A DNA stretch of 63,450 bases, counting the filler, from Phoronis australis (taxonomy: Eukaryota > Animalia > Phoronida): the NCBI GenBank assembly GCA_002633005.1. It is 4 parts of 4 records of this genome, joined end to end, with 100 filler letters (N's around TTAATTAATTAA, not from the genome) between each part and the next. Parts side by side here need not be neighbours in the genome. Positions count along the whole stretch, not along the records: positions 24,897 to 50,116 come from NMRA01000074.1; positions 50,217 to 54,929 come from NMRA01002505.1; 2 more parts are not named here. One strand, given 5' to 3'. Numbering within the stretch: position 1 is the first letter of the stretch; each line of letters starts with the position of its first letter. A program made the position numbers and the translations under genes. This document shows positions 38,548-52,116 of the stretch, piece after piece. The notes under the pieces were generated by a model. That model did not search any database, was not told the origin of the DNA, and saw only the letters and a program-made list of their open reading frames with translations.

Positions 38548-41500
38548 GTAAGTGAGAATACATCACTAACAGATAAGTTACTCTTAAGCAACCTGACTCG
38601 TCTTAACTCAACGGTTGATACATCTACACTGTATATACAGGTACATGTACGAGTAAAGTCCTATGATGTGCAGTGGTTTGCAACTCATTTTGACTCAAAC
38701 TTGAGGCTCTACTACTGCCCTACTAATCACCAGTCTTCGAGGTTATAGGTAGGAGCTCATCACCTTGACAACGTATTTAGCCATATACACTGTAATTACA
38801 AACTATAGCTTTCAGTAAAAGTATGCCTTTTTTGATAGAAGAAATCCTGCAAAATTTGATGTTTGATTTGATATCAGTTTGCTATTAATTGGAAAATGTG
38901 GTCATGACTTTTTGGAAAAAAGAAGGGACAAAACAACGACAGAAATAACATGTTGTTGGATATAAATGTTCAAGATGAAATCTCAGAAACGCTGTTACGG
39001 CGGCGTCCAAGGAAGATTTGAGTTCTTTTCATAAACATCAAAAAGCCCTATTTTTTCATAGCCCTTCAATGTGATAAATTATGTTTTTGAATTAGCGTAT
39101 GAGCGCCGAGATTGATATCAGAGACATTAGTCGCAGCCATCGTCTTGGCGCACCCCCCGAGTCTTCTACCTCAGGTAAACCAAGACCTATCATTCTGAAG
39201 TTTGTCTCCTTCAATGCGAGAACCAAGTTCATTGTGAATCGAAAAGCATTGTACAAATCGGACAAGCCTTTGTTTGTGAGCGAGAGCTTAACCCCAAAAA
39301 GAGCGCAGGTTTTCAGGAAATGCCGCGATTTAGTCAAGCTAAAGTCTGTTCTGAGCTGCTGGACATTTGTGGGTAAAGTTTTCATTAAACGTCTCGACAA
39401 CTCGGTAACCTGTGTCAAGGATCTGTCATACTTGAGTGAACTATAGTTTCTCCTCTTGGATGGTTTGAATTCATTCTACTGTTAGGCCCAGTGGTCTCAC
39501 ATTTACAATACTCTGCCACGGGTGGGGATTTCTAGTGTTTCCTAGTCTTGTCATGAGTGGCAGGGTTTCATGAACCTGCGTGAGTTTATTGTTACATGTT
39601 TCCTACTTTACATATTCTGCCTATAGAGCTGCCAATCACTGTCGCATTTCGCTTTTATTAGTTGTTTGAAATGAGTGCTTGATCTCTTGCTGGGTAAGCT
39701 CAGTCCATATGTGCACAGTTGGTTCTCTGACAACTTTCATTGGCCCGCCCACTCTGTTGTATTATGATTCTCTCCCGGGGAAAATTTCCATCCACTGCTT
39801 GTGTCCCGTAGACACCTATCAGTGTTGTTGTTTTGCCACTGATCTTTATTTTCGTAGCAGTATACACTTTATTACACTACATGGACATGTTAAATAACTT
39901 CAGTGGTATTAATGTCAAAAGTTTTGTTTATTTGCTTGGTGATGAAAATGATGATATTGGGTCTGATGCACTCAAGTCCTCTCCCTATTATGATAGTGAT
40001 TCATTCAGAGCTTTTGCTCTTAAACACAAAGATGACTTTTGTATGTTATCTTTAAACATACAAAGTATACGAACTAAGTTTGATAGCCAGTTCCTGTTTC
40101 TCCGTCAAAAGTCCCAGTTGAATTTTCATTTTAGTGTAATTTGTTTGCAGGAAACTTGGCTTGATGATGATGCTGACCTCTCATTGTTTCAAATTGATAA
40201 TTACTCTTGTGTTTCCCAGGGTAAGAAATGTTGTGGCCATGGTGGCCTTATTATTTACATCCACAATTCATTGGAGTATAAACCCTCCAAAATTAAAAGT
40301 GATTCTACAGTTTTTGAGTCACTATTTGTGGCCTTAGTTGGGACCATTCATAGCAAAAATGTTATTGTTGGCAATATTTATAAACCTCCCAAAGAAAATG
40401 ACAATTTAAAGTCATTATTTCCTTTACTTTCGCCTGCTTAGATCACAAATTGAGCTTTGCCAATCGAAAGATATCACTAAAATTAACTCTTTTCGTAAAT
40501 TACAGCCATGTACATACTCTCGTTATTTTACTACTAATTTTTTAAAATTTATAAAAAGTGTGCGGACCTTCAGCCAAACCTCATTATTTATGCGGGGTTG
40601 CCAGTGGAGAGATTACCCATAATGCACACGAATCAGCTGACGGAAGAGAAACATGTCAAGCACAAGCGGTCGAGGTGAGTTAGGTGTTTTGGGACTTCAT
40701 CATAAACAAGAAATCAGAATGTACAAACAGTTGGAAATCACAGCTTGATTCTTACTCGTAAACAACAAGATTAATTTGTTCTGAACCTCGGTTCTCTCAA
40801 CTATTTCTGTCGCTATCCCGAGTCATTCGAAGTCGACGTATCCGTGTACTTGTCTATATTACACAATATACAGGCTACAGCCTCGTGAATTGTGTTCAGT
40901 TTTAAACCCGCAATCGAGTCTTAGTGATTCATGACTTCGTCGAGCTTGGTTGTTAACGTTTCCTCTTCTGGGAGATTATGTACAACTCGGACGTGCACGA
41001 TATCAGTTGCTTACGAAAAATAAGTTTCCTGCGTGACACTGATGTTCAAATTCCAGGCCCTGTGACTGCATGGGTTTGCAAGTATAGAGCTCTGGACCTA
41101 GTGCATGGGGTAGAAACGATTCCATGGCTGCATCTCTTAATTACATTGGCAGATCGAGGATACCATAAGGGGGGGGCAACATTTTGTCTTGGGTAAGTGT
41201 GGTTTATGATTGATTGCGAGAACCCAGCCCAAAAACTTGGGTTGCTCGAATTTCTGGTTCTCGTACTACAAAGCTAACAGTGGACTAAAGAAACAAAAAA
41301 ATGAGAAGGCGTTTACGCAGGTCCCCTGATATGATCGGATCCGAGCCCCCCCCGCAGCCACATGTTAAGTACCGACATTAATTAGTGGACTCAATATTTC
41401 CTCGCTGTTGCCGTTTTGCTTCTTTTGCGGCAGCCAAGGGCCCCCTAAATCCTCCTATGAATTAATCCAAAACCCAATCCTAAACCAGTAGATGATTTCC

Positions 41501-42359
41501 AATCTGATAGTCATACAGTGGTTGTCTTTGTACTTGTTGGCAAATAAATCCTACAATACAAATAAAAGTTATAAAATTGTTCTCATTACTGTGAATTTTG
41601 TCACAGAATTACTCTCACTTTAGGGTCGAATCAGTTGCATGAATAAAAGAAGGAATTGAGGGACCTACTGTTGGATGTCGCCAAGCAAGGCCCCCAAATC
41701 TAGAATTTAGGCCACCATAGGACACTTCACTGGATCATTACCCAGCAACATCAGAAGATCCATCATGGTGCCCGTGTCACAGGTGTCAAGAAATGTCAAC
41801 CAGAAATAAAAGTGTGCTGTGGGAAGCAATCTGCAAACTGCGTTTCATTATTACCTGTAAGTATTCACTAAATTGTTATCTAAAAATTTAATCACTACAA
41901 AGTTTTTAGTATTGACTACATATATCAGTGGAAAACATTTTAAAAAATTGTTTAGTACTTTTTTGGTCTGCTCTTTTTCATTTTTAAGGTGATTCATATT
42001 ACTGTCACCAGGACCTCAAAGACTCCTATAGCTACTTTAGTTTTGAGTCTTCAATTGGTTTAAACAGATATTATACAACCACACAATTCAAATCACTTTT
42101 TGAAGAAAAACAAATCTTTAGTCAATAACTCAAATCAAATCTCAGTAGCAAATCCCATCCAAAACCAACCAAATGTCAATTTACAAAAGTATTGGTGAGT
42201 TCAGTCTGCAATAATGAAAATAATTCTATACGTTTTGATTGTCCAATATAGGATGTCAACCCCAATCAACAATTTGTTGTTGTATATAATTCATTTACAA
42301 GAGACAAATGTTCCTTATCAAATCTGCAGTAATGCAAAACCGAAGGAAAATATATTTTA

Positions 42360-42600
42360 CCAATGCTTTCAGGATTTCCAAGTGTTTTGCCTGAAGAAGG
42401 TGTACTTGCCTTAGACAAGCTGCAACGAAATGTGATGACACTGAAGCCAGAGGCTGATCAGAATGCGTCTAATTGACATCAGGCATACAGAAACTTTATC
42501 TTGGGGCAACATGGACATCTTGGGAGACATGTGGACAGAGTTGCACAGTTGTGTTTGGACAAAAATATTCACAGACTCATTGGGACATACAGGCTACACA
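42360..42600 (+). pseudogene. KolX / P2X7 C-terminal (ballast/nanor-like) domain remnant inside the Kolobok element
   Basis: Reads F.VFCL...V ... HQAYRNFILGQHGHLGRHVDRV ... HTGY across stops and frameshifts, resembling the RH.AYR.F..W.HG.LG...R.V...YTG[FY] pattern of this domain. Confidence 0.65.
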
Positions 42601-44599
42601 ACAATTGTAGCTGAGCACTGAAACCTGCTTTTGCACAATTGTTACTTTGCGAGATGAAAGCGTTTCACTTTTAGTGCTAAAATCACGTTGTCACCCGAGT
42701 AATTCTGCGATTCAAAGTGGGAGGTCGTCGCCACAACTTTATGCCGACCACCAAAAACACGAGTCTCAGATAACTTGTTCCAAATATGTCAGCATTGATC
42801 TAGTCGCTATAATGTTAACTGTTAACCTCTGTTGACATTTTCCCTCCAAAAATTCATTATTAACATACTGTGTAGTATATATTTCCATTGCAACTCAACA
42901 TTTCACAAATGCATTATTTAGGCGTCAAATGTGTGAATTGCATGAGAATACTTCAATGGATTTTAAGAGCAAGAGAAATCTTTATCAGCAATTTTGAAGT
43001 ATAAGTAGTAGGAGTGTGACAATTAGCCTGAGAATTTGCTCTTATTTTATGCCCATTGGTAAAATAGTAAAATGTCCCGGAATTTTATTTTACTTTTAAC
43101 ACCAGAGATATGGACCGTCCAAAATAAAAACCAGTGATGATTTTAAATAGTTCTTGTTGGCTAATATCTATGTTATACTGAAAGCAAAATATTAAATTCA
43201 GCTACCAAAAACTTCATGTTTTTAACACCAGAATACCTTTTATAAAGGAGATGAACTGAGGTTGAATTGTAATATCTAAAAGTTCAAATAAACCTCTGAA
43301 AAATTTAGACTACGGTATTCTACCAGTGATTTTGTACACAAGGAGAGTATATTTGACGTAGTTTTAGCAGCATGTGCGTCGGCAATAAACGCAATTTCTA
43401 AGAAAACTAAAGCAACAAATGTACAGACATCAAAACTGTCAGAGTGAACTTTTTATTTCTTAGTCTAGTATAAAAAGTTCATTTGGATTTTGACTTGCAG
43501 CAAGAACGTAGAGCATTCTTAAATTAGTTACCGTCATGTAGGGCAACAGCCCCAATTTCGAAAAACCAGTAATGGATCAACTTTTCAAAATAATGTAAAA
43601 TACTATCGACTTCCCACATAGTTCTCTGCAACAAATTAATGCTCTGTAACCATCGAAAAACCCTCAAAACTTGGATGAAATTTTCAAAAAAAAATTTTCA
43701 AAGTCTGCTAAACAGTAAAAGCGTGACGTACGCCTTTAGCAAATTACATGCAACTGCGGGAAAGGCCACCGACCAAGGAACATAATGTCTAATTTGTGAG
43801 ATAGGGGTATGAGTTTTTAGTTGATTCCTGCTTTTGTCTTTCCTGATTAACGCCAATGATGCATTAGCAGGTGCCAGAAAGATGATGACAAAATTAACAA
43901 AACAAGATATCCTTTCAACAGACATAGTCTCCTGGTTGTTTGGCCATGGCCCATAATCAGAAGTTCCAACATTTTCTGATTTAAAGTTCCATAGCATTTG
44001 CAATGACTAATCGCGAGTAATCTGCTACTCATGTAACACACCTTACAAGCACAACCTCTAACCAAACAGCATAGCCATTCAAAATATATATTGTAATTTT
44101 CAACACCATCACTCTCAAATTCAATATTTCTAAATGCAGGTTTTTAAAATGAATGTGAATTGCCTAAGCAGTAAAACAACACTAAAAACATAATTTTACG
44201 TAACACAGAAGCTTTATGGTGACCCTTGTATACAAATATCCGCCTCTCTATGACCCACCTGAAGACAAACCACTGACTACACATTTGGCTGAGAAAATAG
44301 TTAAGAATCAAGAAAAATATCCAATGGTAATACAAGTTAAAACTGGTAATACCAATATCAGTTGTATCTTACTCACCATGTAGAAAGTGTCTCTGTAAAC
44401 CAAACGCTCCATAAAGAAATTGTTTGCACAAGGTTAAGGTTCAGGGCTTGGAATGATCAATGACAGGTGATGTATCATTCCACAAATTAAGACTAGGGTC
44501 TTTGATAGAGATTTTTGGTATAAAAGTCAAAATAATGATCAAAAAAGAGATATAAAGAGGAAATTGGAAATATAAGAGGAAATCGAAACCAAAAGAGAG

Positions 44600-47410
44600 T
44601 AAATCCTCTTAAAAGAGGAAAATTACAAGCCTTGACGGTTTCCAAATTGACGCTACACAAACTGCCCATGGCAGAGTTTGAAGGTCGACGGCCTGACTGA
44701 ACATGTTAACTTCTGCATAACTGGATGTATCGTGACTATAAACCAAACTGTAGTACCAGATGATCCTCTGCAACAAACTAGGGCACATGACTGAATAACA
44801 CCCAGTTGCCATATCATCTTAAAGAACCTCTGTCAGGCAGCTTCTTTGACGCATTGACTTCTACTGATGGCAATCATTCGAAGACGGCAATGTTGTCAGA
44901 CAACAAGGGGACTCATTTTGCTTTTATGTTCATGGAGGCAGTGCATGTCTGACATGTCTTTTAACCGGGTTTTCACAATCATCAGCTCGTTATAGCTCTT
45001 AGAAGCCTTCAGCGGAATGGACAACCATCTCCTGCTCTTCTTGTTGAAGATAAGTTGGTCCCCTAGAAATAATAACAATTGTTTCAATGTCATTGCCAGA
45101 CACGAAAATGATTGCATTGATTTACCCTGAAACATGAAGAGTGTGAAACATATGAAACTCAACAAACAATTAGTACATTATGCACCTCTTTCAGTGTTTT
45201 AGAAACTTTTTCGAAGTCGTTACAAACACTGGACAACATGTTTTCGTTATTCAAAATATAAAAATATATTACATATAGTTAATTAAGTGATTAGAGTTTC
45301 ACACATTTCTAGACGAGAAAACAATACACAAAACAGCATTTGTCACAGGGTGGCTGAATTGTTCCCCACCATATATTAGCATTTAGCAGGTGGTTCATAC
45401 ACGATTTAAAGAATAGGGCCTTCAAAATGAGTTTTCTAATTAATGAAGGCATCCATGACCAATGACTCTTGACTATTTCTATGACCTTAAGTTAAATCGC
45501 TGTTATGGTGTGGAATGTCACTGTGGTCTGTAATAAAGTCTATCCCATCTTACACCATGTCTTAACTTTCTTATTCGGACAGGACAGTTAGCTTCCAGGG
45601 CTGTTGTTAGCTAAAAAAATGGTACACTTTACTTGGGCGTCCAAAAGCTAAATAGGGCGACCTATCTAATGTGTCTAAATTTATGTCGGGTTGTGTAGTT
45701 GAACACCCTAGATGCCACCTAGATGAAGGCCTGCACCTGGGGCTGCCGCCCAGGACCGAAGGCCACCCAATGTTCAAAGCTGTGTCACTGCTATGCCTAT
45801 CAGGATGTGATAGTTATCAAGGCTTTCATAATTGTAAATGGAAATTATTTTGAAACCAATCTTAATGAAAGCCTCTCTCAACCTTTGTGAACACAAAAAT
45901 AACTGACGTATTTCCATGTCTATTAGGTCAATGAAATGAAAATGCTACAGTGACCTTAGGCAACACGTAACCCCTTGGTTGGTTGCTCAATTAGATACGG
46001 CATTCAGGGCTATGTAATTGCATATTGTGACCTTCAAAATGTGACAAACACCTGGAGATAGGCCACCTACACCTTTGTGTAAATACACAAAATTGCAAAT
46101 TCCAAGTAAAATCTTGATTTTATAAATGTGACAGTGAATTCAAAGTCAAGGCTGTCATCTAAACGTCAGCACAAAATACAAACAAAACTTCCTTCTTGAG
46201 CAGTGCTATAGTGGTAAAATTTGTGGTAAGTAGGTGCCCAAAGCCCACCGTATCACCTTGAGCACTGTACGGTGCGTAAGCGCTACCTTCAAATGCCAAA
46301 AGGTGGTTGGCTGCGCCTACGTGTGCCTACGCCCCACTACAGCACTGTTCTTGAGATATCATGCGACATAGGTATGGACCGATGGTCATGAATACTATGT
46401 CCTTCGCTTTGTGCTAAAGGTGAGGAAGAGGGCAACAAAACATGTAAGTGTTCATAATTATGCTACAAAGACTTCACTTGTTGATAAAGACGAGGAATCA
46501 TTGCATGGATGAAAATATACACACAATGCACACCCACACAGGACATGATGGAGCATTTTTAATTCATATGTCACAATTTTTGGTTATTTAAATCATCTCC
46601 CATTCAAGGAACAATCAAATTCAACTTTCTTGTAAGCATTGCAGGTGGTCTTTTTGTCATAAGCTGCACTGATGTAGCCTTGGGGACATAACAGAATGTG
46701 GCATGGCTTGTTCATTGCAAAAAAGGCCTTCCCACGTCTTCTCATCTCAATTTTGTGTTTGCCCCTTTGTTTCTAGCAGAGTCCTAAATAATCACTCATT
46801 TTAGCACTACCCCGCTAATGGCCACTTACAATTTAGTTTTAAACCCCTGTTGAATACTGAGTCGTGGCCACACCAGTAGCCAAAATGCATGTTTGGCGAA
46901 GCTATATTAATTACCTTGCATTGCCAGATTCATCTTCCAGGACTGGCCTTAGCTGCTGTGATCCTTGATAGCTAGCAGAATTCTGGTAAGCCGGTATACA
47001 AGGCCTTGAGAGTAGCAAAACGCATGCCAAAGCACATAAGAATCAGCAGGTTGAAAATTTCCAACACATCTCTTGTTCTACAACATAAAATCAAATCCAT
47101 GTTAACGTGACATGGAAATTGGCTGCTGATACCTTGGTAAAAACAATACACTTTCTGTTGCTGTTAACATATTACAAAATGCTATAATGTGCCATTATCC
47201 AAAGCTAGAATAGGTACCTGCTGTTGATGGCGAAGCATTCTTCAGCAATGTTGGGTTCTTTTGAATGCATCATGGTCAGATGACCCCTTCTCAATTCATT
47301 TGTCTTCATCAGCACCTTCTAGTAACTCCCTGCTATGCAAGTTGAAAGTCCTGGCAGTTGTCAGTGGAGCAGTCCACTCATGCTTGTCTGTCATGACTGG
47401 TGCAACGCCC
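44600..47410 (-). pseudogene. Degenerate spliced transposase remnants of the Kolobok element
   Basis: Exon-like fragments with splice sites near 45127, 46915 and 47217-47410. Peptide KSRRWLS...ASKSYNELMIVKTRLKDMSDM resembles the Kolobok transposase C-terminal region. Many stops; the catalytic DDE motifs are not cleanly readable. Confidence 0.45.
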
Positions 47411-50400
47411 TGAAGAACAACAAATAGCATTAATACAAACCACCAATTTGGGAATATCCAGAATACCACTAGCAGTGTGTATTGACTATCAGCATGTCCT
47501 GTATACAACCACAAGACTACACAGTTAGCCTTGCAGAGAGTATCAAAAGTAGGACTAACTGGTTACATGCATACACTGTCAGTCAACATAAACAACCACA
47601 AGACTAGTTAGTTGTGTAGGGCTGCAAGAGTATCAAGACTAGCACTGAGTCTCTACACACTGCAAGATGACATGAATTTGCAAAAGAGAGGATTATCAAA
47701 TAATTATTACTCAAGGATTGCTGTTATGCCTTAGATCACAAAATGACACAACAAATCTTAATTGGTTTCAACAGCCCTTACTTTTACATGAGAAACGCTT
47801 GTAAATGTGGCTTCTTTGTTTGCTCAAATTAATCCAAACCGAGCCCGAGGGCTAAACAACTAAAACAGTAAAATAACGCAAAAAATACTCAGTCAAAGAC
47901 ACCAAGGATTTTACTAAAGGAATATTGTAATGTCGGTGTGCTCTATTATGTACTGCTAGTCAGTAAAATAAATCTACCATAACATTATGAAAACTAAGTA
48001 TGGTTAGCATTGCTGTAACAAGAGCGCCTCGGACATCCGTTGACGACTTACCTGTCGAGCAAAATCTTTCCTTACTGAGACCGTGTAACGGCCACCTGTG
48101 ATCGCAGATAAGTCCAGCATCCAAACTGATCTTCATTTCAAACTTTACGGCGGCAATAGTCAACTTGAGGACGATTAGCAAACCTTTTCAACGGAGGACA
48201 ACCTATCTTATACCGAACGTCTGCCATTACTTGTTTGGTATGCGTGAACTTGAATTTTGCTTAATCTGAAGATCGCGTAAGCGTGAGCTCTTAATTAAAT
48301 ACACATTAAAAAATCTGGTGAATATTTTGTTCAATGTAGCAAATTTTTGTAATTATTGGTTCAAAAAGCACTTATTTCACCCGTTATCTAATTATAGTAG
48401 CTTGAACGTGATTATTTGAGTGGGTATTCCGAGTTCACGTAGGCCTGCATACGATCTTGAGATTAACCGAAACTCCAAGTTCATATTCGACACTCGAATC
48501 TTCGATTGACACTTCGTTCGGCATCCATTTATTTCTTGGTGCACCACACAAAATGAAAAATTAAGCTAAAAAAATCTGTATTAAATTCAGTTCATTATAA
48601 AAAATCGATGCCAACGCGAAGGCTATTATTTGGGCTTAGGTTTCGAATAAAAGTGTTTGCGTAAAGATCCGTTTCATGAAGTTTTTAACAAAAATGAAGC
48701 GGAAATAGTGCCTTTAAACATACGCACATTTCTCGATGATTTTAATCCATTGGTTAATAAACTTGGGCAAACCAACTCTCATGTCATATTGGCAGGTGAT
48801 TTTAATATCAATATCTTAAAAGTGGATGAGAGGCCCTTGTTTGGAGAATTCTACAACACTGTGTCATTAAATGGTTTTACTCCAACCATTACCTTTCCCA
48901 CTCGTTTCTCTGAGTTTTCTGCTTCACTTATTGACAACATTTTCTACAAATTTAATGGCTGTTCGAACATTGATCTGGTTTCCAGTATCTATTTTTCTAA
49001 TATCTCTGATCATCTACCTATTTTCTCTTGTTTTAAGATAATATTAAAAAAGGCGAGAGCTCCCAAATTTGCTTACCGAAATGTCATTAATGACGATTGT
49101 TTGAAAAGGGTGTATGATGAATTTTCGTCATACAATGTACTTTCTCACATGGATACAAATTTGAATGGTGATCGCAATATGAATTACAATTTACTTCAGG
49201 ACTCTGTTCTTGCTTGTTTAAATAAGTTCAATACAGTAAGAAAGGTAAGATTCAATAAATATAAGCACAAAAAGAATATTTGGATCTCCCAAGGTATTTT
49301 AAACTCTCTTAGGTTTAGAGACAGGCTTTATAAACGACTCAAGTCAACCCCTCAAAGTGCTATTAATTATGTCTCATTATAAACAAACCTAAAAACCTAT
49401 AACATTATTCTAAAAAAAGTTTTGAAAATGGCTAAGAGACTTTATTATCACAATCAGTTTCGGGCACATGTTGGTTCTCCCGAGGACACTTGGAAAGAAA
49501 TTAATAATTTACTGAATATAAATGTCTTATAGAATAATCCTACTAGATTGAAGATAAATGATGAAATAGTTTGTGACGAGGGTGACATTGTTAATCATTT
49601 TAATGATTATTTTAGTAATATTGCCTCACACTCCCTACCTATTCATTCTTCAAGTATCTCACACATGTCTTTTTAAGATCGTGACTCCGCTGCTACATTG
49701 CAGATTTGATTTTGAACCAATCTCTCCAATTGATATTAGAAAAGTGATTAATTCTTTTCCAGCTAAACCTACTTGTGGTCATGATGGCATATCTATGGAA
49801 ATAATAAAATATCTAAATAATCTTGATTGAACCATTGTGTGTTGTGTTTAACCAGTCCATTTTCAATCAATTTTTTCCAGACAACATGAAAATTGCCATG
49901 GTTATTCCTGTATTTAAAAAGGGGACCCGTTGTTTTTAGATAATTACGGGCCTATCTCTGTTCTTCATTGCTTTTCTAAGATTTTTGAAAAACTTATTTA
50001 TAATCAACTTTACGAATATTTTCAATCTAATGGCTTGCTACATCCTGCCCAATATGGTTTTCTTGGGGGGCACTCAACAGAACTGGCTTTAGTCGAAATT
50101 ATGGATAGAATTGTCANNNNNNNNNNNNNNNNNNNNNNNNNNNNNNNNNNNNNNNNNNNNTTAATTAATTAANNNNNNNNNNNNNNNNNNNNNNNNNNNN
50201 NNNNNNNNNNNNNNNNTGATGGGCTGAAGACAGAAAAAATCCAATTCTATATCCCATCCTGAAAAGTTGATCACACAATGACATGGAAAAAACAGAAAAT
50301 CGAGTCAAACGGAAACAGAAAATCTCAACTAAGGGGAAACATAATTCCTGTTACCAAGATACGTGTAAGAATATAATTATTTTATTGCAATGGAGTTTGA

Positions 50401-51850
50401 ATTTGGAAAACGTGAAGAGCAAATAGGAGACAGACATCTAAAAATATGCTGAAATTGTAAACAACAAGACAGTTCTTACACAACGTCAGACTTTTAGCCA
50501 CTAAGAAACATTCATGATGAAACTATAGGAAAATCCTAATCTACCGAGATGAAATTGTCAAACACAATTTGCTGAACCCTTAAGGACAACCCTTTTCATT
50601 CATAATACATTATGTAACAGGTTCGCCCAGTTGGACAGGACTGATTCGCCAGAGATTTTCGCATGGAAATGCTAAGCGCTAATTCTAATAAAAAATTAAT
50701 TACACTACAATCATTAAGTAAATGGTATGATATACAAAACACTGTGTACGTGGGAATTACTTGGTGAATTAAAGAATAACATGCTCTGTGCTTTCATGTA
50801 TTTGAACTGTGATCAACGTTCACTATAACTACACCAAACAAACCTACAGTTGTGTAAGAATTGGAAAGTGAGCAAGAAACTTGGACAGCGTAAAAATTTG
50901 TCGAAATTTCGGGAAAACAAAACACTAAAAATACTTGACAGTTTAGAACCAGATAGATCCTAAAGAATTTAACTAAACAAAAACACAACATACTTAGCGC
51001 CAATGGAAAACGATAACAGAAACTGAAAATTGGCAAAGTCAACCCGAAACCATAGAAACAGTGACAGCCAATGACCGACACCACGACAAACTTACCCTCG
51101 AATACAACAACAGACCGCCGGCCAAATATTACAAATTTTCCTGTGCAGGCAAGTAAATATATCAGCTATAATTCTATCGAAATGATTTCAAAAAACAGTA
51201 AGAGTGCCTAATCAGAGCCTCAACAAAAACTAACATGCTACTTCTACCGCTGGTATCTAAGTTCTCTGAGTAATTATTTAAGCAAGCAAAATCTCTTTTT
51301 ATTAATTAATAAATGAAAGCAGCTTCAGGTGTTTGGTGCAACAGGCCCAACTGAGTGTCTAACACCTCTGATGCAGGGAGTATCAGACCACCTGCACTGC
51401 GTTTTATAAAAATCTGTTTTAATACCTAGCAAAAGTGAGACAAGTAATAATCAGAACGGTGTGGTACTCAGACTTAACATCTCCTTTCATTTAAAGACAA
51501 CATCGGTGCTGTATTGACATGCAATTGAAAATCTTCAAGTGGTTATACAAGCAACTGTAATTTGCGATTAAGGTAACAAAGGCATCATTCGTTGAGCTGT
51601 TTACATGAGACCTATAAAAATGTTGCTCTTGTTACTGATAGCAAAGGATTGTGGGATAGCAGTCATCCAATGCAGCATGGCTAGCACACATAAATACACA
51701 ATCTGTAGAAATCACTTCGTTTCACTAGAATTTCAAGAGGCCAGAAGCTCAGTTTATCATCTATACAAGCAAACAGTTAACACTTATCCAAAATCTACAG
51801 CCACCTTACGAAGCAGACGATCGTCTGCATGGCTTCCTGGATTCTGGACT

Positions 51851-52077
51851 GACTGACTGGTATCCCACGAACCTATGATTTGGGATGTGCAGGCATTGAT
51901 TTTCGCTATCTGTAAAAAGGTCAATCTGACTGACTGGTATCCCACGAACCTATGATTTGGGATGTGCAGGCATTGATTTTCGCTATCCTTAAAAAGGTCA
52001 ATCTGACTGACTGGTATCCCACAAACCTATGATTTGGGATGAGCAGGAATTGATCTTCGCTATCCGTAAAAAGGTCA
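51851..52077. repeat. 77-bp tandem triplication
   Basis: Units start at 51851, 51928 and 52005 (GACTGACTGGTATCCCACGAACCTATGATTTGGGATG...AAAAAGGTCAATCT) with few mismatches. Confidence 0.95.
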
Positions 52078-52116
52078 GTGGATCAGGACTAAATGATAAC
52101 AGTCACAGCAAGTTAC

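Larger units (their letters stand above)
40410..48713. mobile_element. Kolobok-type DNA transposon (8.3 kb, degenerate)
   Basis: TTAA at 40406-40409 and 48714-48717. Imperfect 13-bp TIR: AGTCATTATTTCC versus the reverse complement of the right end, AGGCACTATTTCC. Removing the insert restores LINE ORF2 in frame (ENDNLNIRTFLDDF). It contains a KolX/P2X7-C-like remnant on + and transposase-like remnants on -. Confidence 0.82.
39094..50116 (+). mobile_element. CR1/L2-group LINE (ORF1 fragment + APE-RT ORF2), interrupted by a DNA transposon and cut by a gap
   Basis: ORF1 39099-39446 (HRLG...KPRPIILKF...VSESLT...CWT..GKVFIK). APE N-half 39833-40409 (SLNIQS, ICLQETW, GGLIIYI, NIYKPP); APE C-half from 48714 (AGDFNIN, IDNIF, SDHLP); RT start (PISVL..FSKIFEK, QYGF...HST). 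Stops and frameshifts after 49380. Confidence 0.9.

Noticed and set aside
40604-41383. Candidate terminal exons for the + repeat gene (40604-40675, 41321-41383)
   Set aside because: Phases fit, but they lie inside the Kolobok insertion, so they more likely belong to the element.
51851-52077. CRISPR-like appearance of the repeats (also 11764-12492)
   Set aside because: Tandem units without unique spacers, no cas genes, eukaryotic context.
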